A DNA stretch of 64,000 nucleotides from an uncultured cyanobacterium (GTDB taxonomy: Bacteria > Cyanobacteriota > Cyanobacteriia > CAKZMO01): the NCBI GenBank assembly GCA_963719515.1, contig CAVRCJ010000010.1, positions 192,001 to 256,000 on the forward strand, read 5' to 3'. This document shows, one piece after another, positions 42,591 through 54,477 of the stretch. The notes beneath the pieces were generated by a model. The model was not told the DNA's origin and did not search any database. It was given only the letters and a program-made list of their open reading frames with translations. A program made the position numbers and the translations under genes. The stretch's first letter is position 1, and every line of letters begins with the position of its first letter.

Positions 42591-45500
42591 ATGGCCTTCT
42601 CCTCGGTTGTTCGCGCCCTCGGGCGATCGCCCCTCACCCAAGAACTACGCGCCAAGCTCCAGCAGCAAAACCACCTCAAGCTCAGCGGACTGTCGCGGCT
42701 GGCCAAGGGCATAGTAGCCTCAGGGCTAGCGCAAGAGCAGCAGCCTCTGTGCGTCGTCACGGCGACGCTGGAAGAAGCGGGGCGCTGGGCGGTTCAGCTC
42801 GAAGCCATGGGCTGGCAGACGATGCACTTCTATCCCACTTCGGAGGCTTCCCCCTACGAGCCCTTTGACCTAGAGGCGGAGATGACCTGGGGGCAGCTGC
42901 AGGTGCTAGCGGACCTGGTGAGCGCCAGGGATTCGGGCAAGACCTCTATTGCGGTGGTGGCCACCGAGCGATCGCTCCAGCCCCACCTGCCCCCTATCGA
43001 CGCCTTTCGGCCCTACTGCGTCACCTTGCAAAAGGGGATGGACCTAAACTTGGGGGATTTGAGCCGTCAGCTGGCGCACCTGGGCTACGAGCGGGTGTCT
43101 TTAGTTGAAACCGAGGGGCAGTGGAGCCGTCGGGGGGACATCATCGACGTGTTTCCCGTGGCCTCCGAGCTGCCCATCCGCCTAGAGCTGTTTGGCGATG
43201 AGCTAGACCGCATTCGCGAATTCGACCCCAGCACCCAGCGATCGCTGGACAACGTCAACCAGATCACCCTGACGGCGACGGACCTAAAGCCCATTGTGCT
43301 AGAGGCGCTAAACGGGCAGAAAGATAAGACCCTGCTGGAGGCCTACCTGACGCCAGAGGATCTAGATCAGCTCAAAGAAGGCGAACCCGTCGAGGGCATG
43401 CGCCGCTTTATGGGGCTGGCCTTTGAGCAGCCCGCCTCCCTGCTAGACTACCTGCCTGACGACACCCTGATTGCTATAGACGAGGCCGACCAATGCCGCG
43501 CCCACAGCGATCGCTGGGTGGAGCACGCCGCCGAGCATTGGCAGGAGGTGCGCAGCGAGGGGGACGGTGAGCGGCCACAGCTGCCCCAGATTCACCAGTC
43601 TTTTGATGAGTCGTTGGCCCAGGTGGATTGCTTCCCCCACCTGACGCTGTCCGAGCTAACGGAAGAATCCGACGACGGCCTGAACCTCGCGGGCCGCCCC
43701 GTCCCCGCCATGCCCCACCAGTTCGGTCGCCTGGCGGAAACCCTGCGTCAAGAGCGCGATCGCGGCTTTGCGGTGTGGCTCGTCTCCGCCCAGCCCTCCC
43801 GCTCGGTGGCCCTGCTGCAGGAGCACGACTGCCCCGCCCAGTTTGTGCCCAACCCCAAAGACTATTTGGCGATCGACAAGCTGCAGGCCCAGAAGACGCC
43901 GGTAGCGGTGAAATACTCCGGCCTAGCGGAGCTAGAGGGCTTCGTGCTGCCCACCTTCCGCGTGGTGGTGGTTACCGACCGGGAGTTCTTCGGCCAGCAC
44001 ACCCTGGCCACCCCGACATATATCCGCAAGCGCCGCCGCGCCGCCTCCAAGCAGGTAGACCCCAACAAGCTGCGCCAGGGAGACTTTGTGGTACACCGCA
44101 ACCAGGGGGTGGGTCGCTTCTTGAAGCTGGAGAGCTTGACCCTCAACAACGAGACGCGGGAATACCTAGTGCTGCAGTATGCCGACGGGCTGCTGCGCGT
44201 GGCCGCCGATCAAGTGGGGGTGCTGAGCCGCTTCCGCAGCGCCGACGGAACAGCGCCCCAGCTCAACAAAATGACGAGCAAGGCCTGGGAGCGCACCAAG
44301 GGCAAGGTGCGCAAGGCCATTAAAAAGGTTGCTGTAGATTTGCTGAAGCTCTACGCCCAGCGATCGCAGCAGGAGGGGTTCGCTTACCCGGTGGATACGC
44401 CCTGGCAAGAAGAAATGGAGGACTCCTTCCCCTATCAGCCGACACCCGACCAGCTCAAGTCGATCCAAGACGTGAAGCGGGACATGGAGACCCTGCGGCC
44501 CATGGACCGGCTAGTGTGTGGGGACGTGGGCTTTGGCAAAACCGAGGTGGCCATCCGGGCGATATTCAAGGCGATTACGGCGGGTAAGCAGGTGGCGATG
44601 TTGGCCCCCACGACCATTCTTACCCAGCAGCATTACCACACCATTAAAGAGCGCTTCGCCCCCTACCCCATCCAAGTGGGGCTGCTGAACCGCTTCCGCA
44701 CCGCCGACGAGCGCAAGCAGATTTTGCAGCGGCTGGTGACCGGGGAGCTGGACGTGGTGGTGGGTACCCATCAGCTGTTGGGTAAGGCGGTGAAATTCAA
44801 GGATTTAGGACTGCTCGTGGTGGATGAGGAGCAGCGCTTTGGGGTGAATCAAAAGGAGAAAATCAAGTCCTTGCGCACTACCGTAGACGTGCTTACCCTC
44901 AGCGCCACGCCGATACCTAGAACCCTCTACATGGCCCTGTCCGGCGTGCGGGAGATGAGCCTGATTACCACGCCCCCACCGTCGCGACGCCCCATCAAAA
45001 CCCACCTGTCGCCCTACAAAGGCGAAGTAGTGAGCACCGCCATCCGCCAAGAGCTAGACCGGGGCGGGCAGATTTTCTACGTGGTGCCTCGGGTTGAGGG
45101 TATTGAGGAGATTGCGGGGCGGCTGCGGGAGATGGTGCCCAGCCTGCGCATTGCCGTAGCCCATGGCCAGATGCAGGAGGGGGAGCTAGAGGCCACCATG
45201 CTGGCCTTCAGCGCCGGAGAGGCGGACCTGCTGCTCTGCACCACCATCATCGAGTCGGGGCTGGATATCCCCCGCGTCAACACCATCTTGATTGAAGACG
45301 CCCAGCGCTTTGGCCTGTCTCAGCTGTACCAGCTGCGGGGCCGCGTCGGGCGAGCGGGCATTCAGGCCCACGCCTGGCTCTTTTACCCCCGCCAAAGCCA
45401 GCTCTCCGACGCGGCCCGCAAGCGGCTGCGGGCTATCCAAGAGTTTGCCACCCTCGGTTCCGGCTATCAGCTGGCCATGCGGGATATGGAGATTCGCGGG

Positions 45501-46088
45501 GTGGGCAACCTGCTGGGCGTCGAGCAGTCGGGCCAGCTCAACGCCATCGGCTTTGACCTCTATATGGACATGCTCGAAGACGCCATCAAAGAGATTCGCG
45601 GCCAGGAAATCCCCACGGTGGACGACACCCAAATCGACCTCAGCCTCACCGCCTTTATCCCGGCGGACTACATTCACGACATCGACCAGAAGATGACCGC
45701 CTACCGCTCCGTAGCTGCGGCCTCCTCCAAGCAGGAGCTGATGCAAATTGCGGCGGACTGGAGCGATCGCTACGGGCCGTTGCCCAGCGCGGCCCAGCAG
45801 CTGGTGAGGGTGATGGAGCTAAAGCAGGTGGCCAAGCAGCTGGCCTTTGCCCGCATTAAGCCGGACGGCAAGCAGCATGTGGTGCTGGAGACGCCGATGG
45901 AGGAGCCGGCCTGGAACCTGATGAAGGAAAAGCTGCCCACGCATCTACAGACGCGGTTTGTGTATTCGCCGGGGAAGGTGACGGTGCGCGGGCTTGGGGC
46001 GCTGAAGCCGTCGCAGCAGCTGGAGAATTTGACAGACTGGCTGAATAAGATGCAGGGGGCACTGCCGGAACCGGCGCTGGCGACATGA
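42591..46088 (+). CDS. mfd: Transcription-repair coupling factor
   Basis: UvrB-like N-terminus; [31 protein letters not shown] and TRG motif [12 protein letters not shown]. Confidence 0.97.
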   Translation: MAFSSVVRALGRSPLTQELRAKLQQQNHLKLSGLSRLAKGIVASGLAQEQQPLCVVTATLEEAGRWAVQLEAMGWQTMHFYPTSEASPYEPFDLEAEMTWGQLQVLADLVSARDSGKTSIAVVATERSLQPHLPPIDAFRPYCVTLQKGMDLNLGDLSRQLAHLGYERVSLVETEGQWSRRGDIIDVFPVASELPIRLELFGDELDRIREFDPSTQRSLDNVNQITLTATDLKPIVLEALNGQKDKTLLEAYLTPEDLDQLKEGEPVEGMRRFMGLAFEQPASLLDYLPDDTLIAIDEADQCRAHSDRWVEHAAEHWQEVRSEGDGERPQLPQIHQSFDESLAQVDCFPHLTLSELTEESDDGLNLAGRPVPAMPHQFGRLAETLRQERDRGFAVWLVSAQPSRSVALLQEHDCPAQFVPNPKDYLAIDKLQAQKTPVAVKYSGLAELEGFVLPTFRVVVVTDREFFGQHTLATPTYIRKRRRAASKQVDPNKLRQGDFVVHRNQGVGRFLKLESLTLNNETREYLVLQYADGLLRVAADQVGVLSRFRSADGTAPQLNKMTSKAWERTKGKVRKAIKKVAVDLLKLYAQRSQQEGFAYPVDTPWQEEMEDSFPYQPTPDQLKSIQDVKRDMETLRPMDRLVCGDVGFGKTEVAIRAIFKAITAGKQVAMLAPTTILTQQHYHTIKERFAPYPIQVGLLNRFRTADERKQILQRLVTGELDVVVGTHQLLGKAVKFKDLGLLVVDEEQRFGVNQKEKIKSLRTTVDVLTLSATPIPRTLYMALSGVREMSLITTPPPSRRPIKTHLSPYKGEVVSTAIRQELDRGGQIFYVVPRVEGIEEIAGRLREMVPSLRIAVAHGQMQEGELEATMLAFSAGEADLLLCTTIIESGLDIPRVNTILIEDAQRFGLSQLYQLRGRVGRAGIQAHAWLFYPRQSQLSDAARKRLRAIQEFATLGSGYQLAMRDMEIRGVGNLLGVEQSGQLNAIGFDLYMDMLEDAIKEIRGQEIPTVDDTQIDLSLTAFIPADYIHDIDQKMTAYRSVAAASSKQELMQIAADWSDRYGPLPSAAQQLVRVMELKQVAKQLAFARIKPDGKQHVVLETPMEEPAWNLMKEKLPTHLQTRFVYSPGKVTVRGLGALKPSQQLENLTDWLNKMQGALPEPALAT

Positions 46089-46092
46089 GGAA

Positions 46093-46374
46093 TTAAACCT
46101 CATCTGGATTGATGCCCAATTCCCGCAGCTTTGCCGCTAACCGTTCCTTTTGCTGTCGCTCCGTTTCAGCCCGCTGCCGTTCTATCTCGGCCCGCTGCCG
46201 TTCAGCGTCAGAAGATTCTTCTGGCGTTGGTACAAGTTCGCCATCTGGGGTAAAGAAGCGGAGCTGGTCGCCATGGATCCCTAAAAAGAGCTGTAGCTGC
46301 TGGCTCCAGCGCCACCCTTGTTCATTGGGTTCAATAGTCTCGTAGGCGTTGTCTACTAGGTGAAAGGCTTCAAT
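46093..46374 (-). pseudogene. 3' half of a Uma2-family endonuclease
   Basis: Manual translation IEAFHLVDNAYETIEPNEQGWRWSQQLQLFLGIHGDQLRFFTPDGELVPTPEE...ERQRAE...LAAKLRELGINPDEV*; no ATG before the upstream in-frame stop at 46408-46410. Confidence 0.8.
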
Positions 46375-46418
46375 TCGATTACAGTAGATTAAATCGCCGC
46401 TAATACATTACGAAATAT

Positions 46419-48419
46419 TCAAGACCGCTTCAAAAGCCGCCGCCTGATATAAACCCGGACAGGTTTGGATTTTACAACTTGCCGATAGACCGTGCGAGCG
46501 CCCGTTTTAGAGTTCTCTAGCTTTACTCTTCGGCGCAAGTCTGGTCTGTTGACGGCAAATACAGCGCAGGGCGGCGGCTGAGCATCGCTTGATGCTGCTT
46601 TAGAGTCATTGCTAACTTCCACAGCTCTAAATTGAATGGGGCGATCGGGCCACCGCGCTCGGGCTACGCTCCAGAACGGATAGTCCCAGATAGCTGAAGG
46701 ACTGGGGTATAGGCCAATGTCATAACAATTTTTGCTAACGGCGGCGTCAATGGCCTCAATGTAGATTTTTTCTAAGCCGAGGCTCTGAACAAAATAGCCT
46801 TCAATCCTAGGCAACGTAAGCATTGACGGTACGGGCGTTAAAAGATAGGGATTTTGCGCCAAGGGGCGGGGTCCACTGAAGAAAACATAGGGTAGCGAGG
46901 CCACCGTCAAGGTGAAAACTAGAAAGTAGTAGCCCAAAGGGCGCTTGATCGCGGTACTCAGAACGCTGCCGACGAAGGCAGAGGCCAGCACAAAGAAGGT
47001 TAAATGCAGCCGCGAGGCCCAAGGCTGCCATGCCAGCAGCACGTTGAATAGCAGGACCATGCCTACCAAAGCGGCCAGGTATAGGCTTTGCAGGGGGCTC
47101 CTAAGCTTGGAGTATCTGACATACAGACCTACGGCGGCGAAGACGAGAATTAAATGTAGAAAATTTCCCGAGGTGTCCTCATACAGAAAAATCGGATAGT
47201 CCTTTGAGGTTACTGGCAGCTGGAAAGCTGTATTGGCAAAGGTCGTTCTAGGGTCGTTGACGTCAAGCTTTAGAAGGTGAGTATGTATGAAAACGATGAT
47301 ATCTTCAAACCTTTCGTTGACGGGCTGAAAGGCCACAGGCAAGTGCAGGCCAATATTTCTGATGAGATTGGACGCGATCGCAGCGGGGGTAAACAGCTGG
47401 TTCTTTGTGACGTTACCAGACACCCCCAGCGGAGTCTGAAAAATCTGGAAGTTCCGGCTCCAGTGGCCAATATTGATCAGGAGAATGGGTAGAAAGCTGG
47501 GAATTGCCCATTTCCAGACGCGGCCTCTCGCAGCTCTAGTGACGTAGACCAGCCAAATAACGCACAGCGGAAACCCGTAAACATACCCCGTTGCCTTTGT
47601 CAGCAGGGCTAGCCCTAAGCTAGCTCCAAACTCCAAGCAAGTTCTCAGATCGGGCCGCTCACAAATTCGCAGGGTATTGTAGGCCAAGCAGACAACCCAA
47701 AACGTCGCTACGTAGTCATTCTGGGTCGTGGCAGCCTGCAGCACCCCCATGGGAATAGTGGCGCAGACAATGCTAGAGAGCATCTGTCCGATTGGATTTG
47801 CCCCCAACTGCTTTGCAATCAGGGAGACACCGATTAAGCAGCCCACCATGCTGGACCACTGAACTAAATTGGCGAACCGATCGCCGCCGCTGAGCACCTG
47901 CAGATGCAGAATGGCAAATCCAGACCAAGGCGGTGAGTCGAGCTGGCGTAGGGTATGGGCTGGGTAATGGTCAACGCTCTGGTTCGCCATCCAGTTTGCC
48001 ACCCGGCTCATGTGGTAAACCATGGAGTCCCAATTGTTGGGGGGCGCAGCGAGCGCCAGCAGTCCGGTAGCTGCCAAAATAATGGCGAGGCTAAGCAGCA
48101 CAAAGCACAGAAATGGATTGGCCTTGCTGAGGTTGATGAGGGCATTGCCCCGATACGCTTGACCCAGCAGGCGGTGCGACCGACGAGCGCTGAAAACTGC
48201 GGCGATCGCCAAGCTCACAAGGATCCACGCCCCTAGCAGCCCGGCAAAGGTGAGCTGGTGAAAGCGGCTCAGAAGCTCAGTAATCGCAGTTAGCAGCGTA
48301 CCCAGAACAACAGAGGCCGAAAGGAAAGAGCGCCGCCAGCGTTTATCGCTGCTGTAAAAGACGAAAAGCGTCAGCAGAAATGGAGCTAGTAGAACTAGCG
48401 GAGACAGCAGTCTAGACAT
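46419..48419 (-). CDS. GT-C (ArnT/PMT-like) membrane glycosyltransferase
   Basis: PPNNWDSMVYH, TTQND and LTK motifs; many TM helices. Confidence 0.78.
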   Translation of the reverse strand: MSRLLSPLVLLAPFLLTLFVFYSSDKRWRRSFLSASVVLGTLLTAITELLSRFHQLTFAGLLGAWILVSLAIAAVFSARRSHRLLGQAYRGNALINLSKANPFLCFVLLSLAIILAATGLLALAAPPNNWDSMVYHMSRVANWMANQSVDHYPAHTLRQLDSPPWSGFAILHLQVLSGGDRFANLVQWSSMVGCLIGVSLIAKQLGANPIGQMLSSIVCATIPMGVLQAATTQNDYVATFWVVCLAYNTLRICERPDLRTCLEFGASLGLALLTKATGYVYGFPLCVIWLVYVTRAARGRVWKWAIPSFLPILLINIGHWSRNFQIFQTPLGVSGNVTKNQLFTPAAIASNLIRNIGLHLPVAFQPVNERFEDIIVFIHTHLLKLDVNDPRTTFANTAFQLPVTSKDYPIFLYEDTSGNFLHLILVFAAVGLYVRYSKLRSPLQSLYLAALVGMVLLFNVLLAWQPWASRLHLTFFVLASAFVGSVLSTAIKRPLGYYFLVFTLTVASLPYVFFSGPRPLAQNPYLLTPVPSMLTLPRIEGYFVQSLGLEKIYIEAIDAAVSKNCYDIGLYPSPSAIWDYPFWSVARARWPDRPIQFRAVEVSNDSKAASSDAQPPPCAVFAVNRPDLRRRVKLENSKTGARTVYRQVVKSKPVRVYIRRRLLKRS

Positions 48420-48439
48420 TTACGATGGGTTGGGGGGCA

Positions 48440-49549
48440 TTACGTCGTCAGTCCAAGCGTCCGCTTGACGCTGAACCACAGCGATCGCAGCCGCCAGAAC
48501 TTACTGGTTTCCATCGCCGTAACCTGTCCTTTCAGCGCCTCTAACTCCTGACGAGCCTGTCGCTCTCGTTGTCTAGCGTCTTTGAGCTGGCTGCGAACGT
48601 GGGCTAGCTTTTGCCTGAGTTCTGCCGTAGGCTGACCTACGATGGCGGCGTAGCTCAAGGGGACGGTCTGGTCGAGCGCTTTCTGCGGCTCGCGGCTAGG
48701 CTGCGCTTCGGGTTGGTCTCCGCTTTGCTCCACTGGCTGAGAGCTGGAAAGCTGCTCAATCATGCGCTGCTGCGCCACCAGCTGCTGCTGCTGCTGCTCA
48801 ATCAGCGCCCCGCGAGCCTGGCGATCGCCTTCTGAGTTATGCCACTGCGACTGCATATCCAGGCTATAGGAGGTTAGCAGGTCCGCTTTGCGCTGGTAGA
48901 ACTCTTGTCGTGACAGCTCTTGACCCGGACCTTGAGCCCTATCAGACATGATCAAGAATGCCGAGCAGCCAAAGGTGCCGGAGAAGGTCGCGAAGCCTTC
49001 TGCTACAAACTCGTCGATCGCTTGGCGCACCCCAAGCTCGCCGGTGTCATTCTCGGGATTAGTGTAGTCGTGGCAGAGCACGGGCGTTCCCGGCGCGAGA
49101 AATTCTGAGAGGCTCATCAAGTCGCGCTTGACGCCCTCATAGCGGTGGTCGCCGTCGACAAACACCATCGTCGGGTCGATGGAAAACGCCTCGATAAAGC
49201 TCTGCAGGTTGCCGTGGTACAGCAGCGCGTGAGACGTCAGGCTCTCTTTGTTCAGCGAAGTGAGCGTCCGCCAGATGCCCTGAATGTCAACATCAATGCC
49301 GTAGAACTGAGGCGGGGTAGCTCTCTCGGGGTTGGCTAATGCGCCCCGCAGCTCGACCGTAGCGGAGCGTCCACCGAACGTGCCGATCTCAAGGATGACG
49401 TCGCCGTGGTCATAGGCCAGCTGATACAGCTTCTCTGAGTCCCCGACGACCTGCCAGCCTGGGATGTGCTTGGTCTGGTCAAAGATTTGCTGGTGCTCGC
49501 TGTTGATGTAAGTCTGGGCTACCATGTGAGCTATCTGTACCCCCGCCAT
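48440..49549 (-). CDS. Class I SAM methyltransferase (Methyltransf_24-like) with coiled coil
   Basis: LEIGTFGG, FVDGDHRYEGV and HDY motifs; C-terminal METSKFWRLR. Confidence 0.82.
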   Translation of the reverse strand: MAGVQIAHMVAQTYINSEHQQIFDQTKHIPGWQVVGDSEKLYQLAYDHGDVILEIGTFGGRSATVELRGALANPERATPPQFYGIDVDIQGIWRTLTSLNKESLTSHALLYHGNLQSFIEAFSIDPTMVFVDGDHRYEGVKRDLMSLSEFLAPGTPVLCHDYTNPENDTGELGVRQAIDEFVAEGFATFSGTFGCSAFLIMSDRAQGPGQELSRQEFYQRKADLLTSYSLDMQSQWHNSEGDRQARGALIEQQQQQLVAQQRMIEQLSSSQPVEQSGDQPEAQPSREPQKALDQTVPLSYAAIVGQPTAELRQKLAHVRSQLKDARQRERQARQELEALKGQVTAMETSKFWRLRSLWFSVKRTLGLTT

Positions 49550-49645
49550 GTTTTTTTCAGATTGTATCAGGCTTGCGATTGCTGAGCTGCCTGCCGCGCT
49601 GCAATTTTGCGGCGGTTCGGCTCTGCTCTGTTCTCGCGGGGCCTC

Positions 49646-50866
49646 TCACGCGATGGCGTGATTGCGCTGGCCCAGTTGAGTAAAGTAGCGGGTCCAGCGA
49701 TCGCCCTGGCACTGCAGCGTGAACTCTGCCTCAACCATAGCGCGGCCCGCCTGGCCGTAGGCCTGACGCATGGCCGAGTCTGCCTTCAGCCGCTGAATCT
49801 CCTCAATCAGCGCCTCGGCAGTTGCCTCATCGGTCAGTCGCGCATTGATGCCGTGCCGCGCCACCTCGGGGATGCCGTCCACTCTAAAGGCAATCACGGG
49901 AATGCCGCAGGCGGCAGCTTCGCAAAACGTCTGGCCAAACGCCTCTTCTAAGGAAGTGCCGACAAAGACGTCGGCGGCGCTGTACACCAAAGGCATCTTG
50001 CGGTAGTCGCGCAGCAGCCCCGTCCCATAAATCCCCTGCTGGCTAGAGTTAGCGCCAAACGCGAGGAAGTAGATATCGCCCTTAAGGTGGTCCACAGCCT
50101 TGCTGAAGATATGTCCTCCCTTACGGTAGTCGTTTACGTTGACGGCTCCGCCCAGAACGACAAACGCATCCTGGGGAATATTGAGCAGCTTGCGAGCGAA
50201 GGCCCGGTCGATGGGCTGGAACAGATCGGCGTCTAGGCCGTAGTACAGGCAGGTGGAATGGGTTAAGCCGATCAGGGCGTCTTGAGCTTTCTCTTGGGTC
50301 CAACGGCTGTTGGCGGCGATGGGAATGCCGTTGGACCCGCAAAAGATATCTCGCCGCAAAAGCCACTGGCCAAAAATAAGCTGTGGGTTTAGCGATGGGT
50401 AGTCCTGCCACGTGGGGCAGGTGTGGTTGCAGCCTTGGCGATACAGCGTACAGCTGCCGGTGTAGGCGCAGCGCCCGGTAGCGTAGTAGCAATCGTGCAT
50501 AAAGGCCACGACGGGGCAAACGCTGCGCAGGGCCGAGAGCAGCTCTAAGGGCCACCCGGCCCCGTGAATATTGCCAACGATGATCACATCCGGCGACTGT
50601 AGCCTGGCTTCCAGCACCAGGGTTTCGATCACTTGAGCGACGTTAAAGCCCCGCTCTGGGGTAAGGTAAGGCATCGCTTTTAGACCCAGCCAGCGACCCT
50701 TAGCCTCCGGGGATACGAACGGAATGCGCGCTTCTTCAGCGCCCTGGTGCCAGCAGATCATAGACACGTCGTAGCCCGTCAGCACGAAGGACTGAATCTG
50801 CCGCAGCGTGGCAATTCCAGCGCCGTACTGAAACCCCCTGTCGTTGATGTATAGGACTTTAGTCAT
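49646..50866 (-). CDS. GT4 glycosyltransferase (WcaC-like)
   Basis: HD...TGRC; RKG; EAFGQTFCEAAACG. Confidence 0.87.
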   Translation of the reverse strand: MTKVLYINDRGFQYGAGIATLRQIQSFVLTGYDVSMICWHQGAEEARIPFVSPEAKGRWLGLKAMPYLTPERGFNVAQVIETLVLEARLQSPDVIIVGNIHGAGWPLELLSALRSVCPVVAFMHDCYYATGRCAYTGSCTLYRQGCNHTCPTWQDYPSLNPQLIFGQWLLRRDIFCGSNGIPIAANSRWTQEKAQDALIGLTHSTCLYYGLDADLFQPIDRAFARKLLNIPQDAFVVLGGAVNVNDYRKGGHIFSKAVDHLKGDIYFLAFGANSSQQGIYGTGLLRDYRKMPLVYSAADVFVGTSLEEAFGQTFCEAAACGIPVIAFRVDGIPEVARHGINARLTDEATAEALIEEIQRLKADSAMRQAYGQAGRAMVEAEFTLQCQGDRWTRYFTQLGQRNHAIA

Positions 50867-50873
50867 CGTTCAG

Positions 50874-53800
50874 TTAGGCAGAGGGGGCTTGGGCAGGCGG
50901 TTTAGACGTCTGGCTGCGATAGCGATCGCTGACGCCCTTCAGCTCTGGTAGGTACGGCACGTCGTCGCCGAAGGTCTTTTGGTCGGAGTGGACGCGGTAC
51001 AGCGCCAAGGCGTCGGGGCTGTGAACCAGGGTAGCGCCCTGCTGGGCCATCCGCACCCAAAGATCGTAGTCCATGCTGTAGAACAGTCCTTCATCCAGCT
51101 GTCCGCCAGACCGCTGCCACAGATCTTGGGTCCAAAATACCTCAGGCTGGTAGAAAAATTCGCCTCGGTGCCAGCAGTTTTCAATGTCTAGCAAATCTTC
51201 AAGCGGCAGCGGCACCTTCTGACCCACGGGGAACTTGCTGCGGTGGGTTTTGTAGGGGGTGTCCCGGTAATCTTGAATCAGCTGACAGCCGCCCACCACT
51301 ATATCCGTTTGATAGGTCTCAAAGGCGATCGCCACCCGCGCTAGGGTATGGGGCAAGTAGCGATCGTCGCTGTTGAGCCAGGCCAAAATGTCGCCCGTGG
51401 CCCGAGAGAAGCCTTTGTTTAATGCATTAGACTGGCCGCTGTCGGGCTCGCTAACCCAGTAGGATAGCTCGCTGTCGTACCGACTCAAAATCGAACGCGT
51501 CTCGTCCGTTGAGCCGCCGTCAATAACGATGTATTCCAGGTTGGGGTAGCCCTGCCCCAGCACCGAGCGAATGGTCTCTTCAATGAACTGGCCGTGGTTA
51601 AAGCTGACGGTGACGATGGAAATCTTTGGCCAGGGACGGCCCGACGGCATCACTTCGGGCAGCGGAGGTGGGCAGTGCCAGGGCCAGCGCTGCCCTTGGG
51701 CTAGGGGCTCTGGGCGATAGAGGGGGTCGACCCACTGGGCGGGCGGACTGTGGTAGTAGCTTACGGGGCCAAGCTGGGCGACGGGAGAATCTAACCCTGG
51801 AAGCTGCGGCTCAAAGTCAACGGTGCCCTCCGTCTGGACCACTAAGAGCTGCGTATCGGGGGCCAGCCGTCCCGCTAGGAGATGTTGGTCGAGTGGTGCC
51901 GTCATCGCGTCAATGCAAAGCAGGCTGCACCAGCTCGATAGAGGAGACTTTAGCGAGGTCAGCCAGTCAGCAAGATGAGACTGAACCGCTATGCCATAGC
52001 TCTCTAGCTCCTCTGCTATGGCCCTATCGATGCAGACGAGCTGACCCCCTGCCGATGTGAGCTGCAGCAGCAGGGGAATCACTTGCCGGACGGGGTCAAT
52101 GGCCAGCACCGAAGCCGGCTCCGACATCAGCCGCTCTATCGTCTCTAGGGCGAAATCATCTTTCACAATGTCGATGTTGAGGCTACGGGCAACAACAACG
52201 GCAGTCGTTGGGCTAGATTGAATAGCCTGATCGGGGGTAGCGATCGGTTCTGGGTCGCCAGAGGAGGATTGTTCTATTTGGGGCGATCGCGCTACAGAAG
52301 GGGTAGGTTTTGGCTGGGGCTGTCCAGTCGCTAGAGCGCTCTGCTGGGCTTTTGATCCTCTAGAGGCGGCTGCAGCTTCTATCACGGAAGACAGACCTAG
52401 GCGACGCAGCAGCGATTTGAGCAGCTGCTTAAACGCCACGCGCCCGACCTGAAGACGAGCTATCTCTTGGTTGAGGGACTCAATCTGCTGCCGAGCGTTC
52501 TGCTTGACTTTGTTAGCCTGCTTTGTTTTGTTCTGAACCTGGCCCTCCAAGCGGCGGATCTTGGCCTTCTCTTCTTCAGCCTGTTGAATAAGACGAGAAT
52601 TGTAGCTATTAAGCTGAGACTGCTCTTTGTGGAGCTGATCGATAATCTTTGCCCGGCTTTTATCTACGTCATGTAGCTTTTCTCGGATCAGCAGTAGACC
52701 GCGCTCAAGCTCGGCTTTATCAGATTCCAGCCTAGCTTGAGCTGTAGAGGCAGCCTGGCGTTCAGAATGGCCCAACTGATTTAGCCCCTGCTTTTCTTCT
52801 TGAAAGTCTTGCTGCTGCTGGCTGAGCTGCTCTAGCAGCTGTTTCTTTTGCTGCTTTAAGTCGAACTGAAGACGGGCGGCCTCAACAGCGGTATCCCACT
52901 TGGTAATAATGTCTCGCGCAATGCCTATGCGATTGAAACTAGCCTCTTTGAGGCGAGAATTGACGGCGGCGAGGTCATGAACGGCGTACAGGTTTTTGTA
53001 GGCGTAGAGAGGGCGATTGGGTTCTTCAGCGAGCCGAAGCGTTGCGGGGTCGAAGTGGCAAACGGTATAGCCAAATGACTCAAAGCGCTCCCTTAGCTCT
53101 CTTGTACTGCTTCCGACCGCCTGCGCGTTCTCTTCCGTAAATTCAACCATCCACACCGGCAGCTTGTGGTCTGAGATGGATTGAGCTGCCCCGTTGAGGA
53201 CCGCTATTTCCCAACCTTCCACATCTAGCTTTGCTAGGGTAATTTGATCTGCTGTGTCTAAGCTGCAAAAGATGTCGTCGAGCGATCGCTGCTCAACAAG
53301 TACGGCTTGGCTGCCAACTTGTTGAGTCGTGTTGGCGGCAGAAAAGGTGCTAAAAGCCGACATTCCCGCCGTGCCCAAAAATAGCTCGGCATACCCACTC
53401 TTTTCGGAAAGCCCAATGTTCAAGACATGCTCTACGTTCCCGCCACAGGACGCTATATTGTCCTTCAGTAAACTGAAGCACAGCGGGTTGGGCTCTACGG
53501 CAATAATTTGACCCGTTGATTCTGTTGCCTTGGCCGCGACGCAGGAGAAGATGCCCACATGGGCTCCGCAGTCTAAAAACGAATCTCCACTGCGGAGATA
53601 GAGCCATAAAAATGCCTGCTCAAGGCCCTCGAATACGCCCTCTTCAAGGAGCTTGCCTACGTGGTCGCCCTGAGGAAATTCGAGGGTTCCCACAAAGGGT
53701 AGATCGACCTCTAACCGCTGAGACCAAGAAGACGAGAGCGGATAGCGATTGACTCGGGAAAATTCTAGGTTTTCTTCTAGGTTGTCGGTTTGCGACGTTT

Positions 53801-54326
53801 CGGAAACATAGCGGAATCCTCTTGCCTCAAGATAGTCGATAATCTGCGCTTTGCGAGCGGCGCCTTTATAAAGTGGTGAGAGTTGAACCTCTAAAATAAT
53901 CCGCTTGATGCGGCTGATTGCATCACCAGCCCCTTTGAGCACGGCAAAGTCGTTACCCTGAGTGTCAATTTTGAGCAGGTCAATCTCTTCAATAGACTGC
54001 TGTTCAATAAATCGGTCGAGCCGAATAACAGGAACTATGATTGTGGCTTCGGTGGCTAGCTGCACCGAGTACTTCTTCCAATCATCAGTACAGTCTGACT
54101 CTAAAAGCGAAGAGGTCTGTTTGTCTGCATTGACGTAAAAGGTCTGCGCGCCTTCTGTATCCGAAACCGCAGCGCAAGTCACATTGAGATTCTTTTTGCT
54201 GAGGGAGCGTAGAGCATCAGCAAGTTCGGGAATAGGCTCAATAGCATAGACGATGTTATGCTCATCCTGAGCGAATGGCAACGCGAACGCTCTTCCATCA
54301 TGAGCCCCAACATCAATCACGATCAT
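50874..54326 (-). CDS. Two FkbM methyltransferase domains, coiled coil and GT2 glycosyltransferase fusion
   Basis: DVGAHDG..KIDTQG and DCGAHVG..KLDVEG; Q/E/K-rich coil; C-terminal ISIVTVSFN..DGGSTD..LNSDD..DYD. Confidence 0.85.
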   Translation of the reverse strand: MIVIDVGAHDGRAFALPFAQDEHNIVYAIEPIPELADALRSLSKKNLNVTCAAVSDTEGAQTFYVNADKQTSSLLESDCTDDWKKYSVQLATEATIIVPVIRLDRFIEQQSIEEIDLLKIDTQGNDFAVLKGAGDAISRIKRIILEVQLSPLYKGAARKAQIIDYLEARGFRYVSETSQTDNLEENLEFSRVNRYPLSSSWSQRLEVDLPFVGTLEFPQGDHVGKLLEEGVFEGLEQAFLWLYLRSGDSFLDCGAHVGIFSCVAAKATESTGQIIAVEPNPLCFSLLKDNIASCGGNVEHVLNIGLSEKSGYAELFLGTAGMSAFSTFSAANTTQQVGSQAVLVEQRSLDDIFCSLDTADQITLAKLDVEGWEIAVLNGAAQSISDHKLPVWMVEFTEENAQAVGSSTRELRERFESFGYTVCHFDPATLRLAEEPNRPLYAYKNLYAVHDLAAVNSRLKEASFNRIGIARDIITKWDTAVEAARLQFDLKQQKKQLLEQLSQQQQDFQEEKQGLNQLGHSERQAASTAQARLESDKAELERGLLLIREKLHDVDKSRAKIIDQLHKEQSQLNSYNSRLIQQAEEEKAKIRRLEGQVQNKTKQANKVKQNARQQIESLNQEIARLQVGRVAFKQLLKSLLRRLGLSSVIEAAAASRGSKAQQSALATGQPQPKPTPSVARSPQIEQSSSGDPEPIATPDQAIQSSPTTAVVVARSLNIDIVKDDFALETIERLMSEPASVLAIDPVRQVIPLLLQLTSAGGQLVCIDRAIAEELESYGIAVQSHLADWLTSLKSPLSSWCSLLCIDAMTAPLDQHLLAGRLAPDTQLLVVQTEGTVDFEPQLPGLDSPVAQLGPVSYYHSPPAQWVDPLYRPEPLAQGQRWPWHCPPPLPEVMPSGRPWPKISIVTVSFNHGQFIEETIRSVLGQGYPNLEYIVIDGGSTDETRSILSRYDSELSYWVSEPDSGQSNALNKGFSRATGDILAWLNSDDRYLPHTLARVAIAFETYQTDIVVGGCQLIQDYRDTPYKTHRSKFPVGQKVPLPLEDLLDIENCWHRGEFFYQPEVFWTQDLWQRSGGQLDEGLFYSMDYDLWVRMAQQGATLVHSPDALALYRVHSDQKTFGDDVPYLPELKGVSDRYRSQTSKPPAQAPSA

Positions 54327-54477
54327 CGTCGTTTTGTCTCAGCTGCTAATAACAATACAAGATTCACTTAGTAGGCCTTCGCTGCCTTCGAACTCCCGTA
54401 GCTTGGACAGGTCTCTGCTAGAAACTGTTCAGAACTGCTGGCGTTGGGGCTTGCTAGATGGGCTACGGATTTAGCCT

